This document shows positions 36,880 to 49,700 of a DNA stretch of 64,000 nt, one piece after another. The stretch is from Felis catus (Eukaryota). The stretch spans positions 6,014,001 to 6,078,000 of the forward strand of contig NC_058384.1 of NCBI RefSeq assembly GCF_018350175.1. The letters are read 5' to 3'. The translations under genes were made by a program, and so were the position numbers. The notes under the pieces are model-generated. The model saw only the letters and a list, made by a program, of their open reading frames with translations. It was not told the DNA's origin and searched no databases. Position 1 is the first letter of the stretch; each line of letters starts with the position of its first letter.

Positions 36880-37380
36880 TGACATCAGTTATCTGCTGTT
36901 GTGGAACTGACCACCCAGCACTTAGTGGCTTAAACCAACAATGGTTTATTATTTTTCATGATTTTATGGTTTGATTTGGAAGTTCTTCTAGTGATCTCAC
37001 TCAGAATCACTCCTGTTGCTGCATTTGAAGGCTAAACTGGGAGATCCAAGAAAGCCTTTCCCCCAAATTTGGGTCCTTGGTTCAGTGTTGGCTGGGGGTG
37101 CCTTAGTTCTCCCCCACATCACCCTTTTCCCACAGAGTGCCCTGCACTCTTGAGAGTGTGTGGCTGCCTTCTGAGGGTGGGAGACACCGGCCTCCCAAAG
37201 GCTAATTCCAGAGCTGGCACAGCATTTGCTTCATTCACATTTTATTGGTCTCAAACAAGTCACAAGATCAGCTTAGAATCAAGGGGAGAAATAGAGTCCA
37301 TTTCTTGATGGAAAGAAATAGAGTCCTTTTCTTAATGGAAAGAATGACAAAGAATTTGTGGTCCTCTGTAATCTGCAGTA
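36880..37380 (-). mobile_element. MLT1 solo LTR
   Basis: ACCACCCAGCACTTAGTGGCTTAAACCAACAATGGTTTATTATT...ATTTTATTGGTC...CAAGTCACAAGATCAGC. Confidence 0.7.
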
Positions 37381-37476
37381 GAAACATAGTGCCTTACTAA
37401 CTTTGGATATTTATCCTCTGTATTTATCATTTCTTCCATTCTGTTTTACCTATTTTCTTCTTTTGTTCCCAGTGGG

Positions 37477-37595
37477 TTTTTTTTCCTAAAGATTTTATTT
37501 TTAAGCACTCTCCACACCCAAAGTGGGGCTCGAACCCACAACCCTGAGATCAGGATCCACACACTCTGCCAACTGAGCCAGCCAAGCGCACTCCC
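37477..37595 (-). mobile_element. Short old carnivore SINEC (no CT-rich body)
   Basis: AAGATTTTATTTTTAAG...GTGGGGCTCGAACCCACAACCCTGAGATC...ACTGAGCCAGCCA. Confidence 0.85.
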
Positions 37596-38129
37596 TCCCT
37601 CCAGTGAATTTTTATAGTTTGTCTTCAAACTGTTTGATTCAAGTTTCCATTCATTAACACAAAATTACTTTTCCACCCAGTGTGGATGTTAGTTCTGCCC
37701 TTGTATTTTCCTGTGTTTTAGTTATCTCTCTTTTCTTTATATCTTTGAACTTTAATTTTATGCAGTCTATTACAATTTTTTAGTCATGACATAAGTCATA
37801 GGTGTGGTGGTAGGACCAGAGGTAGTGTCAGAAGCAGTGGGGTAGTGTCTTCTGTGCTGTGTTACTGACATTAGGAGCCTGAGTCTTTGGTTTAGTGGTC
37901 CGGTGGAAGATGACCAGATAGCCCCTTTGCATCCAGACAGTCTTCAGCTTTTGCTAAATCACTACTGAGTTTTTACATAAGTGGTTATAAAAATGATTTC
38001 AGCAGGTTACCCATAAAACTGTAGTGAAATTATGAATTGCTCAAGTTCTGTAATTTAAAACATGAAAGATAAGCTGTTGATAGGCCACTTTAGAAAGCAG
38101 TTCTTCATCCTGGTGCTTAACTTGGGAAA

Positions 38130-39400
38130 GCATTATCCAGAGCCATGTAAGGGTGGAGTGGCCACTGAGCTCCTTTTCACACCAAGAATATAGAATTATA
38201 GTCTAAAGTATATTATGAAGTTGTCAACCATGTGAGTAAACTGTCTTGGAATAAAACCCAGTTCAATTAGAGCCTTTTGATGCCCTCTCCATGCTAACTA
38301 TATTGCCTGTAGCCTCACGAGAGGTCCTATTTCAGAACCACCAGGCTAAGCCACTCTTGCTCTGTTGAATTTGTGCAGTAAAGTGCTGATTTGGGGGTAG
38401 TTCGTTGCGTAGCAGTTGATAATACAGATTTTGTAAGGGATGGTTTTGTTTTGCCAAAGATTTGGAGGCAATTAGTGAAAGCCTCAAGAGCCTTAGAATA
38501 GACTGTCAGTGAAGCTTGAGGGGCTTTGGGTGGGCCGTGGGTGAGAGTGCAAGGAACAGTGGAAAAAATGTTAGTGGAAATGTGAGGAAGGAAATCCTTG
38601 TTCTGTGGTGGCAGAGAGTTTAGCAGTCCAGTTGCTAACATGTGAAAGGAGAGACAAAAACTAAAGGAAGTACTATTAAAGAAAAAGGAGCAAGGAACTG
38701 TTGAGCTTGGAAACACCTGGCCTCTTTTCCATGACCAGGACCACTAAAATTAAGAAATAGATTCTGGGGAAGATCAAGTATGGGACATTTGCAGGAGAAC
38801 GTGATCCACAAGTGAAGCTGAAGATGTGACTTTAAAATCCTTTAGGACCTCAGCAAGATCCAAGGTGTTCCCTCAGAGAATTCTAGTCCGACAGTAGGGG
38901 TTCTGAGCACATTTGGAGAGCTGGCCCTCAGCTGTCCCCGCAGAGGGGCTTGAAGAGATTTGTGGCTGTGGCCTTTGTCTCAGAATGGAGTGAACTGTCC
39001 AAAGATGCACGGGAGACCCACAGACTTTTTTCTCTTCTTCTGTCTCCCTCTCCCTCTCTCTTTTCTCTAAAGACCATCGAATTGGCAGAACCACTGTTGA
39101 CTCGGCCTGAAGGGGCCACAGACAGTACAGATGGAGGGCAGCCTTTTGATCGCTGAACCTCTGGAGATAGGAAGTGCACTGAGAGCACAACATCGTGTCA
39201 CACGTGGGCCCTCCTCTCTGCGAAGGAAAGGATGACTCAGAAAGCAGAACCAAGACCGTGGAGGGCAGACCCTCATCAGGAGCTGCCTGGGCCCCCCTTG
39301 ATTTCAGAATTGCTATGAGCCAGTATCAGCCAGCCACCTCCTTCCTGACCCCTTTCTGAGCAGCGCTGCTGTGGTAGTTTCTCTTTGCCTCTTGCCCCAT
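38130..39400 (+). mobile_element. MLT1 LTR 3' part followed by MaLR internal sequence
   Basis: LTR end CAGAACCACCAGGCTAAGCCACTC...TTTGGGGGTAGTTCGTTGCGTAGCAG..ATAATACA (~38428), then MLT1-int-like GAAAGCCTCAAGAGCCTTAGAATAGACTG...ATCCTTGTTCTGTGGTGGCAGAGAG. Confidence 0.65.
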
Positions 39401-39701
39401 TGGTCCTGAGTTCCCGACTCACAGGAACCGTGGATAATAAAGACTGATTGTGAAAGTCCTAAGTCTTGTGTCATCCTGCCATTCAGTGGTACAAGGCGAA
39501 TGTGGTGACAGGTTGAAGTCGCAAGGCTGAGAAGGCAGCTGCCCAGAGATGGCAGGCGGTGGGGTGGGGGTTGGGCACCAGCGCAAGGGAAGGAGGGTCC
39601 AGTCCTTCACGCAGGGGAAGGGGCTGGTCGACCCACAGGGCGGCAGGCTGGCATTGGACGAACGTGCAGACTCAGGAACGTTCACAAATGCGTGTTTTCT
39701 T

Positions 39702-39915
39702 TAAAAAAAAAAAAATTTAATGTTAGTTTATTTTTGACAGAGAGACAGAGCATGAGTGGGGGAGGGGCAGAGAGAGAGGGAGACAGAGTCTGAAACAGGC
39801 TCCAGGCTCTGAGCTGTCAGCACAGAGCCTGACGCGGGGCTTGAACTCACAGACCGCGAGATCACGACCTGAGCCGAAGTCAGACGCTCAACCGACTGAG
39901 CCACCCAGGCGCCCC
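39702..39915 (-). mobile_element. SINEC_Fc with 18-bp TSD
   Basis: TSD ACAAATGCGTGTTTTCTT at 39684-39701 and 39916-39933. Confidence 0.96.
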
Positions 39916-40219
39916 ACAAATGCGTGTTTTCTTAAATATTGGAGAAAGGAGTTATCTGACCAGTAATTATTACCAAGAACTACAGAGGGTTACTTGTGAA
40001 ATGAGGAAAACGTTTCTCTGCTTATTTTACACGTAATCATTTACTGGTGTTTCTTTGTCACCAAAGTTACATCTACGTAGCCTGTCTTCTCAGAGGTCAC
40101 TTCCCGTATTTTGAAACGTATTTAAAAGGAATAAATGTTAGATACAGTAGGGCTCTAACCTCAGCTCTGACCTCTTCTTATCTTTACAGTGACTGGAAAG
40201 AAAAGGAGGGCACATTCAC

Positions 40220-41290
40220 TCCTAACTTCTTATCTTGGAAACTTCAAGTATACCGAAGAGCTGAAAGTATAGTGTTCACAAGCATGTTAGCAGCCTTAAT
40301 GTTTTGCCACATTTATTTCTTCCCAGCTTTATTGAGGTACACTTGACAAAACGATGTATTTAAGCTGTGCAGTGCGACGTTTTGATGCGCTTATCCATTG
40401 TGAGACCGTGAGTGCACCATGCTAGTTGACGCATCTAACACCTCGCATAGTTAACACTTTTCCTCCTGCTTTTTTTTTCTTTTTCTTTATTTTTGGTTGA
40501 ACCGCTTGAAAGGGAGTTGCAGGTATTATTCTGTCTGTGAGTCCTTTTAGCCCTGATCCCCAAGAATGAGGTGTTCGCAACTACAATACCATTAACACAG
40601 CTAAGAAATTAATGCTTTCAGTAATCCCATCTAGTACCACAGTCCCAAAAAAACTTAAACATTTTTAAAAATCTGCGGTGCAGGGGCCCCTGGGTGACTC
40701 AGTCGGTTAAGCATTTGACTTTGGCTCAGGTCATGATCTTCTGGTTCATGGGTTTGAGCCCCGTGTTGGGCTTCGTGCTGACAGCTCGGAGCCTGGAGCC
40801 TGCTTCGGATTCTGTGTCTCCCTTTCTCTCTGCCCCTCTCCGACTCGTGCTCTGTCTCGCTCTCTCTCAAAAATAAATAAACATAAATTTTTTTTTTTTT
40901 AATCTACGGTGCATACTATTTACTTAGTTGTATCTCTGGCCCATTTCATTCTGGAATAATAAAAATACGACATTTATATTTCTGTGAAATTGATTCTAAG
41001 TTTTTTGAGGGTTTTATGCCTCAGGTTGCCTTATAGAACGTCCCCCGTTCTGGATTTGTCTAATTTTCCTCACTATTAGATTCACGTTGAACTTTTTTGG
41101 GTGAGAATACCACATAGGTGATGTATACTTGATCAAGAAGGTGACTTCTGGATCTCTTCACTATAAAGATGTATTTTTCCCATTTGTAAATCTGTGGGTC
41201 ATAGTTCCCAACAACCCTTCACTTGTTTAAACTTCCATTGATGATACTTGCCTGAATCAATTTTTACATTATGAATTGTAGAGAAATTGC
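40220..41290 (-). mobile_element. Old L1 3' fragments (L1MC/MD-like with nested L1MA-like end)
   Basis: CCCAGCTTTATTGAGGTAC...; TTCTGGATTTGTCTAA...ATTAGATTCACGTTGAAC...CCATTGATGATACTTGCCTGAATCAATT. Confidence 0.6.
40683..40900 (+). mobile_element. SINEC_Fc
   Basis: TSD AATCTGCGGTGCA/AATCTACGGTGCA. Confidence 0.95.
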
Positions 41291-41292
41291 TT

Positions 41293-41342
41293 GTTTTATT
41301 AAAATTTTTAAATGTTTATTTATTTTTGAGGGGGAGAGAGGG

Positions 41343-41391
<49 letters not shown>

Positions 41392-41545
41392 CAGACCAGC
41401 TGGGGAAGGGCAGGGAGAGAGGGAGATACAGATTCCAAAGCAGGCTGCAGGCACGGAGTCCAACATGGGTCTTGAACTCACGGATTGGGAGATCATGACC
41501 TGAGCCGAAGCTGGATACTTAACTGACTGAGCCATCCAGGCACCC
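41293..41545 (-). mobile_element. SINEC with (AG)21
   Basis: TSD GAGAAATTGCTT; (AG)21 at 41347-41388. Confidence 0.93.
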
Positions 41546-42493
41546 TGAGAAATTGCTTTTTAATGTCCATTTATATTTGCAAGGAAAGAACACACTGTTG
41601 CTTTTTCTTTTAAAAATAAATATATTATTTGGGCTAGAATTTAAAGATATTTATTGTCTTAATTCTGTGTATTTTTTTTCTTAATGACTGATTTTGAGAG
41701 GACTTAGTTTAAAACAATAAGTTGATAACAGATCAGATAGTTCTTAGAATTGCTAACAGTGAGGCTCATCAAACAGTCGTGCAATATTTACTGAATGCCT
41801 GGTGGGGTGCGAGGAATCATACCATATAGTATAATATGCTTAACATTAAAAATTATAGCTCTCAAGTACTTATCCAGTTGAGAAGATAAGACAATATGCA
41901 CGTAAAAATGGGATAATGTTCACAGCAGAAAATCATAAATGCCAAATTACTGGTGTAGTCAGTAAATGCTTTCAGTGTTCAGAGGGCGATCACTTTGAAC
42001 TTTGACGAGTGCAAAGCAGTGTAGGTATATGAAGTGTTTTAAGATGTTACTGACATTCTGAACCTGGGCCTTTCAAGCATGTTTTCCAGTCAATATCATG
42101 TGCCTGCTGTGTTCTAGCAACCAGAAAAAGGATAAAGCATGTCCCTTGCCCCTGAAATGATTATTGAGTGAGATGAAATCACAGGAATGTATACTGTCTC
42201 TGATCATAAAAGCGCTCTAATCAAACTATCTCTTTAGCGTTGTGGCTGTGTAGAGGTGAGACCTGAGACTTCGTGTTTCTTTGGAGATGGGTGTGTGTGT
42301 GTGACCGAGAAGGCTTCATGGGGGAAGTGGCATTTGACTCTGATAGGATGTTTTGGGAGAATGGAAGAATATTGGGCCCACTGGCCCAGAGGTGACTGTG
42401 TGCGCCATGGTTTTAGAGAGACTAGTGATGCCATTCTCAGCCAGGTCAGGAGGGGTCCTGATGTGAGAAGGTGGGACAGACATGGTTATTCAG

Positions 42494-42498
<5 letters not shown>

Positions 42499-42540
<42 letters not shown>
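42499..42540 (+). repeat. (TG)21 microsatellite
   Basis: Direct reading. Confidence 0.97.
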
Positions 42541-42543
<3 letters not shown>

Positions 42544-43699
42544 CTGTAAATAGTTTTTCTCACATAGGAGAACAACACAGTTAGATTTTAATGGTAGGTG
42601 CAATTTTGCAGAAAAAGTATATGGGAAGATGAGCAGTGGACCGAAGAAGCAGCTCAGGAAACACTTCCTCTCATAACAAGTGGGGAGTGGGAGGGGAAAG
42701 AGACTCTTCAGGCACTTACCAAAGGAGTGATTTATTAGGAAGAGAGCTAAAATAGGAAGGTCACAGCCAATACACAAGACATTTTACGAGAGGATCATTG
42801 ATGTCATGAGCAGCGGAGTCTGCAGAGGGAATGAAACAGAAAAAGGCCATTGGATTGGGTAGTCCAAGAATGTTCTTAATACAGTTTCAGTGATTTCGGG
42901 GGGCGGGGTGCAGTATGGAAGCCAGATTTCTGGGGAGTAAGGAGAGAGAGTGATTGATGCTCAGATATCAGATTGAAGCCATTTGCTTGAAAAATTTGGC
43001 AGCGAAAGTAGAGGAGGAATAAATAAGATGAGGACAGCTTGGTCAGGGGCAGTGTTGTATGTGTATGATGGCAGAGGGGAACTTGGTAGTGGGGCGGGAG
43101 ATCCTGCAGTTGACCGAGACAGTTGTTGCTGAACAGGAGCAGAGGGTGGGAGGGGGTGAGAACTTGGGAGGAAGGGTTACTCTTGGAGGAGGAGGGGCGA
43201 TCATCAGTCTAGAGGGAAGAAGTGAGTGTGAGGGGAGAGCAGAGAGAAGGAAGGATAATTATGGAAGAAGGAACTTGTGTGTGGTGGCTAGAATGTTCTC
43301 TGGATTTGGAGAGTGCAGAATCGTCTTGGTTTTAGACCTTCCTTCTCTGTTCACGTACCCCAGGAGCCTGCACGGACAAAGCCCCTACCCACCCAGCGTA
43401 TTCTGAAGTCGGCGAGTAGCATGGCAGCGAACGGGCAAGAGAGTAGACACGTAGTATTTCCTACCCTTAGAATAATGTTGATGAAAAAAAAAATTGAACA
43501 CCAGATACTCTAATATTATCCTAAAATGCAATTACTGTTATTCTATAAGGATTTAAAATCACCTTATTGAGGAAGAACATGTATTCACTGTGTTTAGAAG
43601 TTTTGTTAGTATATACACTTAAAAGCATGTCTTAAGTAGAAAAAATTATTGATCAAATTTTCAAATGTTTAAAAATTTGCAGCATGTTATTATTTTTTT

Positions 43700-44180
43700 A
43701 CCTGAGGACTTTTCTCTAGGAGGATAATTCGTCAAGACTTTAAGAAGTTTAAGCAAAAAGAACCCCACACAAGTTTACACGATGAAGGGAACATTAAAAG
43801 ACGGGGTGAAATTAATAAGATCATGTAAATGGTGAATCCAGGCTGGACTGATTTCAGGTGTGCCTGAATCCAGGGAACCTGGTGACGACGTCAGGCATCC
43901 TCTCTCGGGCTTCATTCTGCTCTGTTTCCAGCTGGGATGGTCTCATTTTCAAGGAGGTTTCTGCTTGGTAGCAGGTCTGTGGTTCCTGGTGGCTCCAGGG
44001 TGGCAGCGTCGGGGCTCGCCATCCAAAAGGAAGGTAGGCTCCTCCCAGGAGCCATGTGATTAAACCAAGACTGGATGCTGTGGGTGTCGTTTTTCCATCC
44101 CCAGTTATCAGTGTAGCCAGGAGGATAGCAGCCGCTGCTAGTGGAGAGCCTGGGTTGTAGGATCATTTCTTGAAGAAGGT
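43700..44180 (-). mobile_element. Old MLT1 LTR
   Basis: TTCAGGTGTGCCTGAATCCAGGG...GGTTCCTGGTGGCTCCAGG motifs of MLT1K/L-type LTRs. Confidence 0.5.
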
Positions 44181-44558
44181 CACCATGATTGTGGGAGGGA
44201 TGGTGGCTCTAAAACTTCGGCACGTTTCCTTCCAGTCTTACATACACATATGTATGTATGTGCGTGTGTATATTTGTGCTGTAACAAACCAAGTTGTCTA
44301 ATGAAAGCCTTATGTTGAAATCAGATTGCTTAGGGAAGAATCAGCCTTTGATTGCTTATATAAATGAGGCTTACCAGCTTTTTTAGTTTATGGTTTCATA
44401 AAAAGATACTCTAGAAGCTTTTTCTTTTTTAGAAGGAAAAGTGTTTTCCACACCACGTATCACAATATTTTTATGTCTCCACAAAAATGCAGCAGGTGTC
44501 CATGGGTCAGTTTTAGTAGCAACAAACACAAACGCAAAAAAACAAAACAACCGTCACA

Positions 44559-44582
44559 ACACACACACACACACACACACAC
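44559..44582 (+). repeat. (AC)12 microsatellite
   Basis: Direct reading. Confidence 0.95.
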
Positions 44583-45034
44583 CCTGGGTTTCTAGTTGGG
44601 ATTATTGGAAGTGTTATGATGGACACAAAAGTGTAGCTGGCTTTGGAGTGTGCAGTTGTGGGCTTTTAGAGATCATTGGGAGGATTCAAGATAATTCTGC
44701 AGGATGCCATATGTAGTGCTAGGCTTCTTGTAGGTGCTTGATAAGTGAAAGCTGTCATTATCATTCTTATTGGTAAGCATTGATCTTTTGTGACGCCGAA
44801 AAGCATTGGGTGTGAATCTGACAGAAGTCCCGGGTTTCCGTGTTCGCTCTTTCAGTGACCAGCTCTGTGCAACCAACATATAAAAGTACTTGTGTCACTG
44901 AGGCTGTAAGACAGAGAGGTTGTTAGCGATCTCGTCTAGCTCTGAAGTCCTATTTTTGATGGAGTAATTTGGGTTACAGAAAAATGTTAAGTAGGAGGAA
45001 TCTTGGTATACTGTAAAGAAAATTAATGATCCTC

Positions 45035-45180
45035 GTTTTGGTGTTAGACAGATTTGGGTCTGAATTTCAAGTCCTCTGCTCACCAGCTGTGTAAACTTGG
45101 ACAAATTGCTAAACCTGTGCCCTCATGTAAAGAATGGCAACAGTAATAATACAGCTATGTAGTTCACGGAGAGAAAAGCA
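45035..45180 (+). mobile_element. MIR
   Basis: TTAGACAGATTTGGGTCTGAATT...AGCTGTGTAAACTTGGACAAATTGCTAAACCT. Confidence 0.7.
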
Positions 45181-46405
45181 TTTATCTTCAGTAACATTTT
45201 ACTTTGATTAGAATCTGTAAATTTCCTTCCAGCTCCAAAATTTGATATGTGGAATTATTTGTGCTTGAATATTTATTTATTCCATCTTCTCTGAGAGATT
45301 CCAGCAAGGAAGATTATTTTAAGTCACAAGCGTGTAGTTATAAATATATGGTTATAAATGCGACCTTTCTCACAGCTGCGTTAGGCCTTTCGACGTGCTG
45401 CCCTTTGAGACCACATGGTGTAGAGTTCATGTGGGCGGTTTCGTAACAGGATTTGAGCACCTCATGGTTCATTGCCTTACCAGTAGTTGGGCTTGGTGGT
45501 GGATTGTGTTGGAATTTGCCTCATAAACTTGTGCCAGCAAAAAAGAGGTGAGCAGACTTACAGAAAATAAAGTCTTGGTCAGGCAGTTGGAAATAAGTTG
45601 TGGACATGAGATCTACTAAAATTCCCACGACCAAGACGGATGTCACTTAAAGGTGACACCTAATTAACCTAAAGGTTATTGTGAAGATCAAAGGCAATGA
45701 TGTGTGGTTGGCTCTGGAGCGTAGTATTTTCCTTCTGCATTGGCTACGACTGTTGTTATTTATATCTTCTAGGAAGATTTTTCCTCTTGGATTACCAAGC
45801 CACGTTTAGTCCAGAGTAGACCCGGTGGAACAACCAATGCAATTCTTATCCAAGGGTTCTAACGGAACCTTCTATCAGAAGAAGCTGAGGAAGCTCACCT
45901 AAAACCCCAAACTAGACTTTTACTTTCTTTCTGATCTAGCTTTAGTTTCTGAAATCATTTTTTATGAGAAGTGTTTCTGGTATTCATTCATTCAGCAGAT
46001 ACGTAGTACTCATTAAGGGCTAGGTCCTGAGGAAAAGAGCACTGCTTATAGGTAGGTACATATTTTATATTAAAAAAAAAAAAAGCCAGTTGCTCATTTA
46101 AATTTTATTTCATAAAAACTTTGTAGTTGCAAAATAAAATTAATTGAAGCTATAAAGTCAAATAAGGCACATTAGTATACCAGTGACTTTTGGGTAGAAA
46201 CTAGATGGTAGTACCTTGTTTACCTTTAATTTGGTGCTTCTGAAACTTTTTTTGACCTGCTGTACCCTTTCCCCCCATTGAACCCACTTTCAGAAATAAT
46301 AGCCTATGAGTGGGTTTGTTTAATGGGAAGTGAACAATATTAGGTTAGCTGTAGGACAGAAACTGTTGCCTGTCAACAGTATTTTGTGGTGCATCTTAGG
46401 CTGAT

Positions 46406-46530
46406 TGGGTGACTCTGTCCTGGTTTGCCAAGGACAGTTCTGGTTTATGCCTGTTGCTCCAGTGTGGTTATTAATAGTCTCTTTATATCTCAGAGTGCCC
46501 TGGTTTGGATGATAAATGATGCGGTCCCTC
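46406..46530 (+). mobile_element. MER94 (hAT-Blackjack)
   Basis: GGGTGAC..TGTCCTGGTTTGCCAAGGACAGTTCTGGTTTATGCCTGTTG...CTGGTTTGGATGATAAAT. Confidence 0.8.
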
Positions 46531-46534
46531 CCAT

Positions 46535-46770
46535 AGCTAACACTTTTGGATCACGTATGTGCCAGGCAGCATTCTGAGCGTTTGATGTATAATAATTCAG
46601 TTCTCACGACACCCTGAGAGTATTTTGTCCTTTTTTTTTTTTAGCATGTGAGTAAACTGAGGCACAGAGAAGTTAAGTCTTCACATTACACACCTAATTA
46701 GTAGTGGCCAGGATTCAAACACAGGCAGGTGCATCTGGTCCTGAAGAGTATGCTTCTAACTGCCATGCTG
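46535..46770 (-). mobile_element. MIR
   Basis: TATGTGCCAGGCA...GTGAGTAAACTGAGGCACAGAGAAGTTAAGT...CAGGATTCAAACACAGGCAG. Confidence 0.8.
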
Positions 46771-47016
46771 GGCTGGTGTAGACATGCATGCTCAGTGAGC
46801 ACACCTATGGGAAGTGCAAGGGTAGCACCCTGGGGAATGCGGACATTGAAGAGTCAGTGAAGGGCATGGAGACTTGGAAATAAGGCAGAAAGTAGGAGCT
46901 GAGAGGAATGAACTGTAAGTTACATGAAGTAGAATTTGGTGAAGTTGTTTTCTTTTTTCCTCTGGGAATTGTCCTCATCTTCTTTTAACTGCAAAGGGAT
47001 GGTTTCCTTCTCACTT

Positions 47017-47250
47017 TAAAAAAAAAATTTTTTTTTTTTTTTTTTTTAACATTTACCTATTTTTGAGAGACAGAGACAGAGTGTGAGTGGGGTCGGGGCA
47101 GAGAGAGAGAGGGAGACACAGAATCCAAAGCAGACTCCAGGCTCCGAGCTGTCAGCACAGATCCCCATGCAGGGCTCAAACTCACGAACCATGAGATCGT
47201 GACGTGAGCTAAAGTCGGACACTTAACCAACTGAGCCCCCCAGGCGCCCC
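47017..47250 (-). mobile_element. SINEC_Fc
   Basis: TSD-like TCCTTCTCACTTT/TCCTTTTCACTTT. Confidence 0.95.
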
Positions 47251-47414
47251 TCCTTTTCACTTTTAATTAGTGTCCAGAAGTACCAGTTTTCCCTTGAAAT
47301 ATAATAAAAGAGCATTTATTTAAAGGAATTTGTTTCTGTGTATTTTGTTTTAAATTTGGGGATATCTTCTTTTTCCTTTAGTATTAGAAATCAGACTTTT
47401 GAAAAAGCCCTTTA

Positions 47415-47618
47415 TTTTTTGTAAGTGTTTGTTTATTTTTGAGAGAGCACACCCACGTGGGTGAGGGGCAGAGAGAGAGGGAGACATAGAATCTGAAGCA
47501 GGCTCCAGGCTCTGAGCTGTCAGCACAGGGGCCGACGCGGGGCTCGAACTCACAAACCACGAGATCATGACCTGAGCCAAAGTCGGGCGCCCAGGCGACT
47601 TAGCCACCCAGGTGCCCC
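47415..47618 (-). mobile_element. SINEC_Fc
   Basis: Antisense full-length copy. Confidence 0.94.
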
Positions 47619-49504
47619 TAAAAGAAGGCCTTTAAAACCTATCCCAACTTATTTATGACATTTTCTTCAGAGACCAAGAAGTTAATTTTAGGACATGTAT
47701 CGAATTTTTTTTTTACTACCCTATCTCCAGACTTCAGTGTTGACCTTGTATTTCCTCCTCATTTCACGTGGACTCCAACTTCAGTATGCCCCTCCCCGAT
47801 GCCCTCTGGAAGTCAAAGAATGCTAAATTATATTATTCCTTCATTGAGTAGTGATTTCTAAAACTGAATTTGCTTATTAATAACTCTACAACTGTAGGTA
47901 ACAGTGTGATTTTTATAACCAAGCCTTTAAGATAAATGTGGAATTCTCAGAATTTTAGCTGTGAATGTCCAGTGAAATTGAACCAAACCAAACCATTACA
48001 TAGGTAGTATATACGCGTATGTACATATACATACATATATATATAGGCATTCAGTTAGATTCCGCAATCACTGATTGAGGTACTTTTATGGTTAACTTTC
48101 CTGCTTTGTACTTAGGGATTAAAAAGATTGAGGAAACCTGTGTCCTGTGTGTTCTTCTCCCTCCCTTTCTTCCCTCTCCACCCCTCCCCTGTGTCATTTC
48201 TTCTCACCCTCCCACAAAGCTTCCCTGAGTGTCTGCTATGTGCTGGAGCCTGTGGACTTGGGCAGATCAAGATGAATACATAGTGTGTGCCTTCAAGTAA
48301 CTTGTGCCTTAGGGAGACAGACTGACCCTTGAGTCAGCTCAGACAAGTGTCGTCAGTGTTGGAGCCAGGCTCACACCTAGATCTGTCTGCTGTCCGTTAA
48401 GGACGAGCAGAATCTAAGTCACATGGAAGGGGCAGGGAACTGGAACAGACAGGAAATCCATGGTGAGTATCTGGGGAGCTCACAATGGCTGTTGAGTGGG
48501 CCACTGCTGTGTGAAGGGATTGACAGCCGTGTTAGGTACCCTGAGTTGAGGGTTAAGGAATCAACGGGAAGTGAGAAAGCATTCTTCCAGGAAGTTTGAT
48601 GCGGTGAAGTGGGGGGATAGATAAGATTGTAGGTTGAGTGTGCAGTACGATGAAGTGAATATTTTTTATAACGAGAGGCACATACATTTGCTGTCTAGGA
48701 GGGAGCTACAGAAATGGCAAGGTGAGATTTAAAGACAGGAGAGGGAAGATAATAGAACAGATTCCTGTGGGAATTTAGATACTTTCAAGAACATAAGTGG
48801 AAAAGGGGTTGGTTGTTTTTTTTCCTAACTCAACATTTGAATTACATGATAAAATAAGATTGTTAAACATCTTTCTGATGTGAAAGCTCTTCTAGTGAGG
48901 CCTACATGCTTATATTTGAAAAGAGTTATGTTAAAGGAAGAATATTGCCATGTTATCAGGAATTCCTGTTGGGAAGTAACTAGAAACTCCTCTTTTATCC
49001 ACACCTTTCCCATTGGTCAATCCCTAGTCAAAAGCACATGAGTCTCCGCTTAGAACAGAATATCTGTTTTAAGGGTCGGATGTGTCCAACTGTTTAGCTA
49101 GGGAGAGGGGTCCTATTTGGGTCATAAATAGCAGATTTTCTGTTTTTATAAATCAGTGTTTGAGAATTCAACAATCTCATTCAGTCGGTCTAGTGAGGCC
49201 CAGAAACCAATTACTTCATTTATCTCCCAGATGTTTACTGAGAGCTTTCCTGCTATTCTTATCACTGTGACACACAGGTGATGTTAGAAGGAGGCCCCAG
49301 TGTCCACTGTCTTATTGGAGGGCAGAGGTAATAAACAATTACTGAAATAAAGAAGATAATTTCAGATAGCTATATGTGCTGCCAAGAGGGTAAATCATAG
49401 GATGTACTAGAGCGTTATCCTGGCCAGTGAGAAAGAGGACTTTGCATAGGGTGATCTTGGAAGGGGCTTTTGAAGAGGTAGCTTTTTCTGAATATTGCTT
49501 AAAA

Positions 49505-49700
49505 AATTTTTTTTTTAAATTGTGGTAAAATATATATCAGGAAATTTACCGTTTTAACCATTTTTTAGGCATCCAGTTTGGTGGTAATCGGTCCAGTCAC
49601 AGTATGTTATGCAGCCATCACCACCACCCATCTCCACAACTTTTTTCCTCTTGTACAACTGAAAATCGGTAACCCTTTAGAAAGTAACTCTGTTCCCCTC
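49505..49700 (-). mobile_element. L1MB-type 3' end
   Basis: TTTAAATTGTGGTAAAATATA...AAATTTACCGTTTTAACCATTTTT...GCAGCCATCACCACCACCCATCTCCA. Confidence 0.8.
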
